Of a stretch of DNA of 64,000 nt, positions 9,043-17,984 are shown piece by piece (position 1 is the first letter of the stretch; each line of letters opens with the position of its first letter). The notes beneath the pieces were generated by a model that was given only the letters and a program-made list of their open reading frames with translations, made no database searches and was not told the DNA's origin. This stretch comes from Gammaproteobacteria bacterium (GTDB lineage: Bacteria; Pseudomonadota; Gammaproteobacteria; Steroidobacterales; Foliamicaceae), in NCBI GenBank assembly GCA_011523505.1, contig WTGP01000046.1:5046-69045 (forward strand), written 5' to 3'. The position numbers were made by a program, and so were the translations under genes.

Positions 9043-10611
9043 ATGAGCCAGGAAATTCTTCAGGAACTGTCGGGCCTGCTGGGCGATGAGCATGTGGTGA
9101 CGGACGATGCGGAGCGCCGTTACTTCACGATGGACGTATACAACGCCCGCGAAATGCCGCTGGCAGTGATCCGGCCCGGTACCGTCGAAGAGTTGCAGCA
9201 GGCCGCCCGCATCGCCCTGCGCAACAAGGTGCCACTGGTACCGCGCGGCGGTGGCGCGTCCTACACCGATGGCTATCTTCCGGCGCAGTCGAATTCGCTG
9301 CTTGTGGACACCTCGCGGCTGAACCGCATTGTGGAGATCAACTCCACCGACATGTATGTAACCGTGGAGCCGGCGGTCACCTGGGAGCGCCTGAATGCGG
9401 CACTGGTCAAGGAAAAGCTGCGCACCCCGTTCTGGGGACCGTTTTCGGGGCTGAAGGCCACTGTTGGAGGATCAACCTCGCAGAATTCGGCAAGCATGGG
9501 CACCGGCAACTACGGGCTTTCGGCGGAATCCGTGCTGTCCTTCGACGTGGTTCTTGGCAACGGCGAGTTGCTGCGCACAGGCTCCGCCTCGATCAGTACT
9601 TCAAAACCGTTTTTCCGCTGGTACGGGCCGGACCTGACCGGCTTGTTTACCGGCGACACGGGCGCCATGGGAATCAAGGCGCGCATCACGCTGCGGCTGA
9701 TCCAGCGTCCGCCAAGAACCGGCACGGCATCCTTCGGCTTTGAGTCGTTCGAGGGCATGTCCGGCGGGATGGCGGCCGTGGCGCGATTGGGCGTGGTGGC
9801 TGACAACTACGGTCTGGACCCCAAGCTGCAACAGGGGCAGCTCACCAAGACCAACACTTCCGACGCGGCTCGCGCGGTGTGGAACGTGGCCCGCGATTCC
9901 TCCAATCCGCTCGAAGCGGTTAGCCGGCTGACCCGGATGGCGCTGTCCGGCAAGCGGTTTTTCGGCGGTTTCAGCCATTCCGCGCACTATGTGGTGGAGG
10001 GGCACAGCGCAGCAGAGGTAAAAACCAAGCTCAGGCTGGTGCGTGAAACCATGCGCCCGCATGGAACCGAAATAGCCAATACCGTGCCCACCGTGCTTCG
10101 GTCCATGCCGTTTATTCCCATGTATTCCGTTTTGGGCGTCAATGGTGAGCGCTGGGTGCCGCTGCACGGGATCATGCCGTTTTCGCGCGTGGCGGAATTT
10201 CGCCGCCAGTTGATGAACATGTATGAAGAGAACGCGGCTCGGATGAAGGAATTACGCGTTGATAAAGGTGCGATGTTCATGACCGTGAGCTCCAACGCCT
10301 TCCTGTACGAGCCGGTGTTTTACTGGGAGGACAGCCGTACGGTGTTTCACAAGCGCTTCATGCCGCAGGACTACCTCAAGACCCTGCCCGAACACGCTGA
10401 GAACCCGGAAGGCCGGGCGCTGGTGGCCGAGCTGCGCCAGAAAATCCTGGATATTTTCTGGCAGGTGGGCGCGATCCACCTTCAGGTGGGCAAGACCTAT
10501 CCGTATTTGCGCGGCAGACAGCCGGAAGCGGAAAGGCTGCTGCGTGAATTCAAGGGCGGAGTGGACCCCGACAACCTCATGAACCCCGGCGCGCTCGGCT
10601 TGGGCTCCTAG
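9043..10611 (+). CDS. FAD-binding (PCMH-type, GlcD/vanillyl-alcohol-oxidase-like) oxidoreductase
   Basis: The track ORF starts at 8995. I prefer the ATG at 9043 (MSQEILQEL...), preceded by gggagggga. VIRPGTVEELQQAARIA...VPLVPRGGGASYTDG is the FAD_binding_4 signature. Confidence 0.85.
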   Translation: MSQEILQELSGLLGDEHVVTDDAERRYFTMDVYNAREMPLAVIRPGTVEELQQAARIALRNKVPLVPRGGGASYTDGYLPAQSNSLLVDTSRLNRIVEINSTDMYVTVEPAVTWERLNAALVKEKLRTPFWGPFSGLKATVGGSTSQNSASMGTGNYGLSAESVLSFDVVLGNGELLRTGSASISTSKPFFRWYGPDLTGLFTGDTGAMGIKARITLRLIQRPPRTGTASFGFESFEGMSGGMAAVARLGVVADNYGLDPKLQQGQLTKTNTSDAARAVWNVARDSSNPLEAVSRLTRMALSGKRFFGGFSHSAHYVVEGHSAAEVKTKLRLVRETMRPHGTEIANTVPTVLRSMPFIPMYSVLGVNGERWVPLHGIMPFSRVAEFRRQLMNMYEENAARMKELRVDKGAMFMTVSSNAFLYEPVFYWEDSRTVFHKRFMPQDYLKTLPEHAENPEGRALVAELRQKILDIFWQVGAIHLQVGKTYPYLRGRQPEAERLLREFKGGVDPDNLMNPGALGLGS

Positions 10612-10621
10612 TCCTCCATTG

Positions 10622-12379
10622 ATGCTTCGATCCCTCGCGTTGACGGCTCTGTTTGCCTGCCTGTTTTCGCTGGGCCTCCACGGTCCCGCGGAGGCGGAGA
10701 GCAGCGAGCGGGTGGTGGGGGTGCTGTTCGTGATCCACGGCGGTTCGGAGGACTGGACCGACCGCGGGGCCTTCGACACGGCCGCGCAGCTTTTCTCGTA
10801 CGATCACAACAGCGCCGTCTATCAGCGTTTTCTCTGGGACCCGCGCATCTGGCCGCGCTTCATGGACTTCGGCAACGGGCCCAAGGAAGCCCTGAAGTAT
10901 CGGTTCGAGTACGACCGGATCGACGGGCCGAGCCCCTTCTACGGCATCACTTACTCGCAGATGCGCGCGCTCGAAGAGGCGCTTGGCGCCCGCGAGCAGG
11001 AGCTGGGGGTGCGCTTCGTCGTGGACCTGGCGTCCTGGATGGCGGCGGACCCGAAGAACCACCCCTGGCCCCGCCTCGTTTATGGGCCGGGCAGTCCGCA
11101 AGGCCAGCCACTCACGTATTGCGGGCCGGCGGACGATCCCTGGCCCGGCTGCGATCCGGAACGGCACAACGTGGACGGTCCCATCCCGCGGCTGCTGGAT
11201 CAGGGCGTGACCGAGATCCTGGCCATCGACATGACCGTGGGTGGCGCCCGGTTCTCCAAGACGCATGACGTGGTCCGGACGCTGCGCGCGCGCCTGGCCG
11301 CCGAGGCGGGGGAGGACGGGGAACCGGTTCCATTGCGCTGGCTGAACGACCCCAGGGACCTGATGCGCGATTCGTACCCGGTCGAACCGGCGGGATGGAC
11401 GCGTTCTCTCGGCCCGCCGGTAGCCGACCGCAGCGTGCCGTTGAAGGACGGGCCCAATCCGGTGGTTTCCTCGCCGCTGCTGGCGTTGCTGCACGCCGAG
11501 GGTATCGCCGAGCGGTTCAACCCGGAGGTGGAAGAGGCCGAGACCGGCATTGTGCTCCTCGGCCATGCGCTGCGCCGCTACGACGAGTATTTCGACCCGA
11601 AGATCGATGACACCCTGACGCTGCACCAGACCATAGCGCTGGAATTGCTGCGCCTGTACCCGGAGCTCAAGGAACACAGGATCGTGGGCGCCTGGGCCGG
11701 GGACATGGTCCTGAACGAAGCGCTGACGGACACGCCCGCCGGCGGTTACGAGCGCAGCCGGCCCATGCGCGGCGAGAACCTCGGCTACGCGGCGCTGTAC
11801 GAGCAGCCGGGCGTTCACCCGCAGGGCAAGTGGGGCTACCGTTACTGGGAGGCGCTGGACTATCTGCGTTCCGACGGCGTCGAGCACATCGTCGTGGCGT
11901 TTCCGCAGATCGTGGCCGAATCGGTGCTCAACATGGTCGAGGTGCCCAACCAGATCGGCAAGGAAGTCGGCTACCGCAACTGGCTCTACTACGAAAAGGG
12001 CGATTACGACCGCTACCCGAAGGTGGGGCACCCGTTCGCCGACTACTGGGGCATCTGGGTGAACACGGAGTGCAGGGACGGCGATTCAACGGTCGCCTGC
12101 TGCCTGGAATTGGGTGGCTGCGCCGACGGACGGCCCTATCCGCCGGCACGCCAGACGCCTCCCGACCGGCGGCGCAACGACATGGACCCGTCACTGGGTT
12201 ACGACATACCGGCATTCGGCCATATCGGTTATGACCCGGCCCAGGGCAGCCCGTCGGACGACCGTCCTGTCCAGCAGCAATACCGCGGAACCTGGGCGAT
12301 GTGGCGTCCCCCGAACGACGACCCGCGCATGGGGGAACTGATGGCAAGGTTTATCGTCGAGGCCGTGCAGCAGCGATGA
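10622..12379 (+). CDS. Secreted hypothetical protein with class II chelatase (ferrochelatase/CbiX)-like motifs
   Basis: Signal peptide MLRSLALTALFACLFSLGLHGPAEA. Segments VGVLFVIHGGSEDW, TGIVLLGHALRRYDEYF and VEHIVVAFPQIVAESVLNMVEVPNQIGKE resemble the two lobes of ferrochelatase-like folds, from memory only. It starts 8 nt after the FAD-oxidase stop. ATG at 10622, with TTG at 10619 as an alternative. Confidence 0.7.
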   Translation: MLRSLALTALFACLFSLGLHGPAEAESSERVVGVLFVIHGGSEDWTDRGAFDTAAQLFSYDHNSAVYQRFLWDPRIWPRFMDFGNGPKEALKYRFEYDRIDGPSPFYGITYSQMRALEEALGAREQELGVRFVVDLASWMAADPKNHPWPRLVYGPGSPQGQPLTYCGPADDPWPGCDPERHNVDGPIPRLLDQGVTEILAIDMTVGGARFSKTHDVVRTLRARLAAEAGEDGEPVPLRWLNDPRDLMRDSYPVEPAGWTRSLGPPVADRSVPLKDGPNPVVSSPLLALLHAEGIAERFNPEVEEAETGIVLLGHALRRYDEYFDPKIDDTLTLHQTIALELLRLYPELKEHRIVGAWAGDMVLNEALTDTPAGGYERSRPMRGENLGYAALYEQPGVHPQGKWGYRYWEALDYLRSDGVEHIVVAFPQIVAESVLNMVEVPNQIGKEVGYRNWLYYEKGDYDRYPKVGHPFADYWGIWVNTECRDGDSTVACCLELGGCADGRPYPPARQTPPDRRRNDMDPSLGYDIPAFGHIGYDPAQGSPSDDRPVQQQYRGTWAMWRPPNDDPRMGELMARFIVEAVQQR

Positions 12380-13209
12380 CAAATCAAACGGGCCTGAGCC
12401 GCCGCGAATTGCTGGCCGGGGCCGGAAGTCTGGCGGTCCTGGGCGCGCCCTTCAGCGCCCTGGCGGCGGGCGATTCGGCGCCTGAAATCAAGCTGGCGAC
12501 GCCGCGCGACAACCTACTGGCCCTGGTGCGCATCCAGGCGAGCCTGCGCGAGGAAGACGTGCCCTGGTGGTACAGCGGCATCATCTACGGCGCGGAAGAC
12601 GGCAAGGCGCCGCGTCTCCTGTTCGCTTTCGAAGGCATGGAGATGTACTGGATGCGCCACCTCGGTCAGGAGGAGTTCGAGCTGATCGGCCACACCGTAT
12701 CATTCCTCAAGGACGGCCAGACAGGCGAATGGCTGCGCGAATGGAGGAATCCCTACACCGGCGAACTGCTGGAAGTGCCGGCGGCGACGCAAGGCGGAGG
12801 CGCCGGGCGCGGCTTCAACTACTCCACCAGGGGAATACGCCCGACACTGTTCGTCGACCAAATGCCGGAACGGCCGCCCGCCTACCGGATCCTGTCGGGC
12901 GGAGGACGCATCTGGCTCACGAAGGAAACCGAGTACCCGCCCGGCATGGCCCAGCCCCGCCTGCAGCGGCAGACCATGAACTGTTCACTGGAGGAATTCA
13001 CCGATCCCGCCAGGGAACGCCTGAACACCCAGTTTGCCTCCACCGTGTTCATGCCGTGGCGCAACTGGATGAACATGGGCGACCGGCCCGGTCATCTGAT
13101 CTGGCACGCGGCGGGGCTGAAGCTGGACTCGGTGGATTCGCTGCCGGCCAACTATCGCGCCCGCCTCGACGCCGAATATCCCGACAAACTGACCGCCCGC
13201 CCCGTTTAG
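12376..13209 (+). CDS. Tat-exported DUF1838-like protein
   Basis: I prefer the ATG at 12376 (ATGA overlap with the upstream stop), giving MTNQTGLSRRELLAGAGSLAVLGAPFSALAA, a twin-arginine signal. WRNPYTGELLEV and the surrounding pattern match my recollection of DUF1838. Confidence 0.7.
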   Translation: MTNQTGLSRRELLAGAGSLAVLGAPFSALAAGDSAPEIKLATPRDNLLALVRIQASLREEDVPWWYSGIIYGAEDGKAPRLLFAFEGMEMYWMRHLGQEEFELIGHTVSFLKDGQTGEWLREWRNPYTGELLEVPAATQGGGAGRGFNYSTRGIRPTLFVDQMPERPPAYRILSGGGRIWLTKETEYPPGMAQPRLQRQTMNCSLEEFTDPARERLNTQFASTVFMPWRNWMNMGDRPGHLIWHAAGLKLDSVDSLPANYRARLDAEYPDKLTARPV

Positions 13210-13233
13210 ACGGGCTGCAGACGAAAGTTCGAC

Positions 13234-14064
13234 CTACTCCGGCCAGCCTTCGCCGGCGGCGCCCGCCTGCAGGGCGCGAACCTCGTCCAGGTCCGCGGGC
13301 GGCCGCAGCCACATGGGCACCTCCTTCCTGGCCCACTCAAGCAACGCCGGCGGGAACTCGTCATGGCTCTCGACCCGCCAGGACAGCAGGTGATAGATCG
13401 CGTTCCCTTCTCCGGCGAACGGCGGCAGCGCACCGTAGCGCTGCCAGCTCAATTGGTGGGGCTCATCCGCGACATCAGCCGAGTGTATAAAGAAGTCGTA
13501 GTTTTCCCAGGCCTGGTAGCGGTTGCCGCCGGGCACCGGGAAATCCAGGAAAACCGAAGCGGTAATCGCGGTCGTGCCCCGGCCCAGCTTGCGCACCTGC
13601 ATGCCGTTTCGGGACTTGATTCTCTGGACGCTTTCGCCGACTCCCTGCTCGACTTCTCCGTAGATGCGCCCGTCCCTTATGCGGTAACGGATGAGCTGGT
13701 AGGGATAGGCGATCGGCAGCACCGGCCGGCCCTTGTACTCGGTAAGGATTTCACCGCTCACCGGATCGGTATATGTGTACGTCTTTCGTGTCAGGTGAAT
13801 GACGGTACCGTCCGGATCGTCGGGCCAGATCACCGTGGAGCTGTCAAAACCGATCATTCCCAGCAGCTTCTCGCCGGAGGGATAGTCATAAACGCCGCCC
13901 TCCGAAACCCAGTGGACCGGGGCGCCGGTGCCCGCCCGCGCATCGACCCAGGTCCGCAGCACTTCCGGCGCCGCAGTGCGGGATACCGGTGGTTCGCCGG
14001 CGGCGCCGCACGGTGCAATAACGGCCGTGCAGGCGCCGAGAAAGAGTGCAGGAATGATTCGCAT
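13234..14064 (-). CDS. Secreted (possibly lipoprotein) DUF1838-like paralogue
   Basis: 276 aa. N-terminus MRIIPALFLGACTAV has an LGAC lipobox-like motif. YTDPVSGEILTEYKGRPV parallels the WRNPYTGELLEV segment of the neighbouring gene. SD aggaga lies upstream. Confidence 0.65.
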   Translation of the reverse strand: MRIIPALFLGACTAVIAPCGAAGEPPVSRTAAPEVLRTWVDARAGTGAPVHWVSEGGVYDYPSGEKLLGMIGFDSSTVIWPDDPDGTVIHLTRKTYTYTDPVSGEILTEYKGRPVLPIAYPYQLIRYRIRDGRIYGEVEQGVGESVQRIKSRNGMQVRKLGRGTTAITASVFLDFPVPGGNRYQAWENYDFFIHSADVADEPHQLSWQRYGALPPFAGEGNAIYHLLSWRVESHDEFPPALLEWARKEVPMWLRPPADLDEVRALQAGAAGEGWPE

Positions 14065-14161
14065 AGGTGTCTCCTGGTGGAAAGGTGCAGGGCCCTGGTA
14101 ACAAGGCCTGAAGGGTATCAGCGGCAGACGCGATGGAGCAGCGGGTCGGGGTGAACACGGT

Positions 14162-15442
14162 CTAGTCGAACAGCCCCGGCAGCGCCAGCGAGATGGAGGG
14201 AACCGCGGTCACCAGCAAAAGCACAAGGAGCATCGCGCAATAGAAGGGCCAGATGGAACGCAGGCTCTTCTCTATCGTAATGCCGCCTACCGCGCAGCCC
14301 ACGAACAGGACCGCGCCCACGGGGGGCGTGACCAGGCCGATGCCGAGATTCAGGATCATCACGACGCCGAATTGCACCGGGTCCATGCCGAGCTGGGTGG
14401 CCACCGGCAGGAAGATCGGCGTGGTGATGATGATCAGCGGCGCCATGTCCATGAACGTACCCAGCATCAGCAGGATCAGGTTGATGATCAGGAACAGCAC
14501 CAGCGGGTTCTCGCTGATGCCGAGAAGCGCCTCCGACATTCGCAAAGGCACTTCCGCGACAGCCATCAGCCAGCCGAAGGCCGAGGCCGCGGCAATGATC
14601 AGCATCACGATGGCCGTGGTCCGGGCGGCGTTGCGGGTCGCGGTGACGAACTTCGACCAGTTCAGGCTGCGATATACGAAAGCGGCAATAACGACCGTAT
14701 AGACGACGGCAATCGCCGACGATTCGGTGGCCGTGAACACGCCCGACAATATCCCGCCCACGATGATGATCGCAGAAAGCAGCCCGGGCGCGGCCTGCAT
14801 GAAGGCAATCAGGAGTGGGCGCCACCCCGGGAAAGAGCCGCCCGGATAACCTCGCCTGACGGCAACCAGCCAGGTCGCGGCCATCAGGGCGAGACCCAGC
14901 AGGATTCCCGGCAGCACGCCGGCAAGGAAAAGAGACACGATGGACACGCTGCCGCCCGCCGCGATCGAGTAGATGATCATGTTGTGCGAGGGCGGAATGA
15001 GCAGACCGGTCGCGGAGCCCGTCGCGGTGACGTTAACAGCGAAATCCCGCGTATAACCCTTCTCGCGCATGATCGGGGTCAAGGCCGATCCCATCGCGGA
15101 AACGCTGGCCACGGCCGAACCCGAGACCGCGCCGAACATCATGCAGGAGAGCACGCTCACCTGCCCCAGTCCGCCCCGGGCCCTGCCCAGTATCGACTCC
15201 GCCAGGCGCACCAGCTTCGCCGCAATCCCCGACTGGTTCATGAGCTCCCCGGCGAAAATGAAGAACGGAATGGCGAGCAGCGCGAACACGTCGATGCCGG
15301 CCGCCATGCGCTGGAAGGCCACGATCAGGGGAATGTCCAGATAAAGCAGCGTGGCCAGCGCCGAGAGGCCGAGACAGAAGGCAACGGGTACTCCGAGGGC
15401 CAGCAGGACCACGAAGGTACCGAACAGGATGGCTAGTTCCAT
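14162..15442 (-). CDS. dctM: TRAP transporter large permease
   Basis: The track ORF extends to 15700. The real start is the ATG at 15442 (MELAILFGTFVVLLALGVPVAFCLGL), overlapping the dctQ stop. The protein is polytopic and hydrophobic with a typical DctM N-terminus. Confidence 0.9.
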   Translation of the reverse strand: MELAILFGTFVVLLALGVPVAFCLGLSALATLLYLDIPLIVAFQRMAAGIDVFALLAIPFFIFAGELMNQSGIAAKLVRLAESILGRARGGLGQVSVLSCMMFGAVSGSAVASVSAMGSALTPIMREKGYTRDFAVNVTATGSATGLLIPPSHNMIIYSIAAGGSVSIVSLFLAGVLPGILLGLALMAATWLVAVRRGYPGGSFPGWRPLLIAFMQAAPGLLSAIIIVGGILSGVFTATESSAIAVVYTVVIAAFVYRSLNWSKFVTATRNAARTTAIVMLIIAAASAFGWLMAVAEVPLRMSEALLGISENPLVLFLIINLILLMLGTFMDMAPLIIITTPIFLPVATQLGMDPVQFGVVMILNLGIGLVTPPVGAVLFVGCAVGGITIEKSLRSIWPFYCAMLLVLLLVTAVPSISLALPGLFD

Positions 15443-15939
15443 GGGTCGGCGTCCCTCCTTCCGAGAAAAACGTTCACGCAGTTGACGCAGGCGAACAGCG
15501 CCATGAGTCCGCCGCACACGACGAACGGCCAGTAGGCCACCGACCGGGATATGCCCAGCGTGGGGATGATGTGCGTTGCCGTGTAGTCGACCAGCGCCAT
15601 GCCGTTGACGGCCATGGCGGCGCCGAAAGCCAGGATCAGCGCCTGCCCGAATACGAACGCGGCCCGTCTGTATTGAATCGGAAGCCTGGTCACGAGCCAC
15701 CGGAAACCCAGGTGGAACTTCTCATACACACCCACGGCCGCGGCCAGCAGCACAAAGCTGACCATCACGATGAGGGCGGCCGCTTCGGACCACGGCGGGC
15801 TGGCGTTCAGCACGTAGCGAGCGAATACCTGCCAGGCAATGACCAGCGTCATCACGACCAGTCCGGCGGCTGCGGCCTTCAGAACCAATCCGGCGAGCCT
15901 CCCGGCTGCGCGGTCCAATCGTTGCTCAAGGCGCCGCAC
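15433..15939 (-). CDS. dctQ: TRAP transporter small permease
   Basis: 168 aa with four hydrophobic segments, positioned between dctP and dctM with overlapping stops and starts. Confidence 0.85.
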   Translation of the reverse strand: MRRLEQRLDRAAGRLAGLVLKAAAAGLVVMTLVIAWQVFARYVLNASPPWSEAAALIVMVSFVLLAAAVGVYEKFHLGFRWLVTRLPIQYRRAAFVFGQALILAFGAAMAVNGMALVDYTATHIIPTLGISRSVAYWPFVVCGGLMALFACVNCVNVFLGRRDADPWN

Positions 15940-16939
15940 GGATTCTCTCCACCAGGTCCTTGAGCTTCGGGTCCTTCAGGTACTGCTCGTACAGCGGCTG
16001 CATCGCGTCCATGAAGGGTTGCTTGTCGACATTGTCGACAATCTGCACGCCGGCTTCCACCATGGCGTTGCGGGACATCGTGACCCGCGCGTCCCAGAGT
16101 TCGCGCATCACCGGCACCGATTCCTTGGCCGCCCGGCGAACCAGGGCCTGGTCCTCGGGGGAAAGTTTTCGCCAGCGGTAGCGCGACATGAGCAGCACTT
16201 CGGGCACCATCACGTGTTGGGTAACGCTGTAGTGCGGCGCCACTTCGAAGTGCCGGGAGGACTCGTAGGACGGCCAGTTGTTTTCCGCCGCTTCGATCGT
16301 TCCCAGCGCCAGCGATTCATACACCTGTCCGAACCCCATGGGCGTGGCGTTGCCGCCCAGAGTCGAGATCATGTCCACGAAGACTTCCGAATTCATCACC
16401 CGGACTTTCATACCCCGAATGTCGGCCGGCGAGTGGATCGGACGGAGGTTGTTGTACATGCTGCGCGCGCCGGCGTCGTAGTAGCAAAGCCCCACCAGCC
16501 CGTGGGGCTCCAGGGCGGCAAGGATTTCATCGCCGATCGGACCGTCGAGGACGCGCCGCATGTGCTCGGTGGAACGAAACAGGAACGGCAGCGAATACAC
16601 GCCGGTCTCGGGCGCGATCGAATTGAGCGGCGCGATGCTGGTGCGGCTGATGTCGATGCCGCCGAAGATCGTCATCTCGAGCATGTCGCGCTCGTCGCCC
16701 AACTGGGCCCCCGGGTAGATTTTCACCCGGATCCGCCCCCCGGTTTCGCTCTCCAGCCGGTCCGCCATCGCCTCCATGCCGCGAACGGTGGGATAACCGG
16801 CATCCTGAATGTCGGCGGCGCGCAGCCGGATGGATTCCTGCGCGCCGGCGGACGGACCCGCAAGCGCCGGAAGCGCGGCGAGCAGGAGAACCGCTATCGG
16901 GCGCAGGCCCGGCGCCACGTTGAACACGCCTCTTCGCAT
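15926..16939 (-). CDS. dctP: TRAP transporter substrate-binding protein (DctP family)
   Basis: 337 aa with a signal peptide. It shows the DctP-family pattern (IRLRAADIQ..., GGIDISRTS, MKVRVMNSEVF, EAAENNW). Its start overlaps the kduD stop (TGATG). Confidence 0.9.
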   Translation of the reverse strand: MRRGVFNVAPGLRPIAVLLLAALPALAGPSAGAQESIRLRAADIQDAGYPTVRGMEAMADRLESETGGRIRVKIYPGAQLGDERDMLEMTIFGGIDISRTSIAPLNSIAPETGVYSLPFLFRSTEHMRRVLDGPIGDEILAALEPHGLVGLCYYDAGARSMYNNLRPIHSPADIRGMKVRVMNSEVFVDMISTLGGNATPMGFGQVYESLALGTIEAAENNWPSYESSRHFEVAPHYSVTQHVMVPEVLLMSRYRWRKLSPEDQALVRRAAKESVPVMRELWDARVTMSRNAMVEAGVQIVDNVDKQPFMDAMQPLYEQYLKDPKLKDLVERIRAAP

Positions 16940-17703
16940 CAGCGCCCCATCCAGCCGCCGTCAACGAGCAGGATGCTGCCGTTCACGTAGTCAGAGGCCC
17001 GGGATGCCAGGAACACGGCCGCGCCCTTGAAGTCGTCCGGCGTTCCCCAGCGGCCCTGCGGGATCCGTTCCAGGATCGCACCGTACCGTTGCGCATCGTT
17101 GCGAAGTGCTTCGGTGTTGTCGGTCTCGACGTAACCGGGCGCAATGCCGTTGACGTTCAAGCCTCTGCCCGCCCATTCATTCGAGAGCGCCATTATGAGT
17201 TGTTTGAGCCCGCCCTTGCTGGCTGCGTAACCGGGAACCGTGATTCCGCCCTGGAACGAAAGCAGCGAGGCCGTGAAGATGATCTTCCCCGAGCCTCTTT
17301 CGACCATGTCGCGGCCCAGTTCGCGGCTCAGGATGAACTGGGCGCTCAGGTTCACCTCCAGCACCCGGTCCCAGCAGTCGTCGCCATGCTCCGCGACAGG
17401 CGCCCGCCCAATCGTCCCGGCGTTGTTCACGAGCACATCCGGCGCGCCGTGCCGTTCCCGGACATCGGCAATGAACTCGTAAAGCCCGGCCCGCTGGCCG
17501 AAGTCGCATTGATAGGCGTTGAAGGACCCGCCGGCCTTGCCTACGGCCTCTTCAACCTCCGATCCGGACGGTTCGAGCGTGGCCGAAACGCCGATGATGT
17601 CCGCGCCCGCCTCGGCAAGCCCGATAGCAATTGATTTGCCAATGCCGCGCTTGCACCCCGTCACCAGAGCGGTCTTGCCGTCAAGATCGAACAGATCGCT
17701 CAT
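16939..17703 (-). CDS. kduD: 2-dehydro-3-deoxy-D-gluconate 5-dehydrogenase-like SDR
   Basis: 254 aa. Motifs TGCKRGIGKSIA, NNAG, YAASKGG, and C-terminal GRWGTPDD...YVNGSILLVDGGWMGR, typical of KduD. Confidence 0.8.
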   Translation of the reverse strand: MSDLFDLDGKTALVTGCKRGIGKSIAIGLAEAGADIIGVSATLEPSGSEVEEAVGKAGGSFNAYQCDFGQRAGLYEFIADVRERHGAPDVLVNNAGTIGRAPVAEHGDDCWDRVLEVNLSAQFILSRELGRDMVERGSGKIIFTASLLSFQGGITVPGYAASKGGLKQLIMALSNEWAGRGLNVNGIAPGYVETDNTEALRNDAQRYGAILERIPQGRWGTPDDFKGAAVFLASRASDYVNGSILLVDGGWMGR

Positions 17704-17886
17704 TGCGGCTGGATCCTCCGTTGCGCGCGAATGTTATGTCTCGCGAAGGCATTTGTGAGACACAAGATTGGAATTATGCTTCATACTGCAGGCCATAACC
17801 ACTGGAGTCTGATGGGTCGTAATTAGGGGACTGATGGTGCGCGCGAAGGCGAAGAACGCCTGGTCAATTCTCGATAATCGATATTA

Positions 17887-17899
17887 TTGGTATTACCAA
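17887..17899. promoter_or_regulatory. Perfect 13-bp palindrome TTGGTATTACCAA (FadR/GntR-type t.GT-N-AC.a operator candidate)
   Basis: Read directly from the sequence. It lies in the AT-rich 281-bp divergent region between kduD-dctPQM and the TBDR-gntR-PL6-PL17-SDR operon, which encodes a FadR-type GntR regulator. Confidence 0.5.
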
Positions 17900-17984
17900 T
17901 TTGGCATGAAAGGACATACAGAAAGGTCATATTACTTTACTATTTTCGGTATATACTCGTGGGGAAACTGCTGGAGGAATCGAC

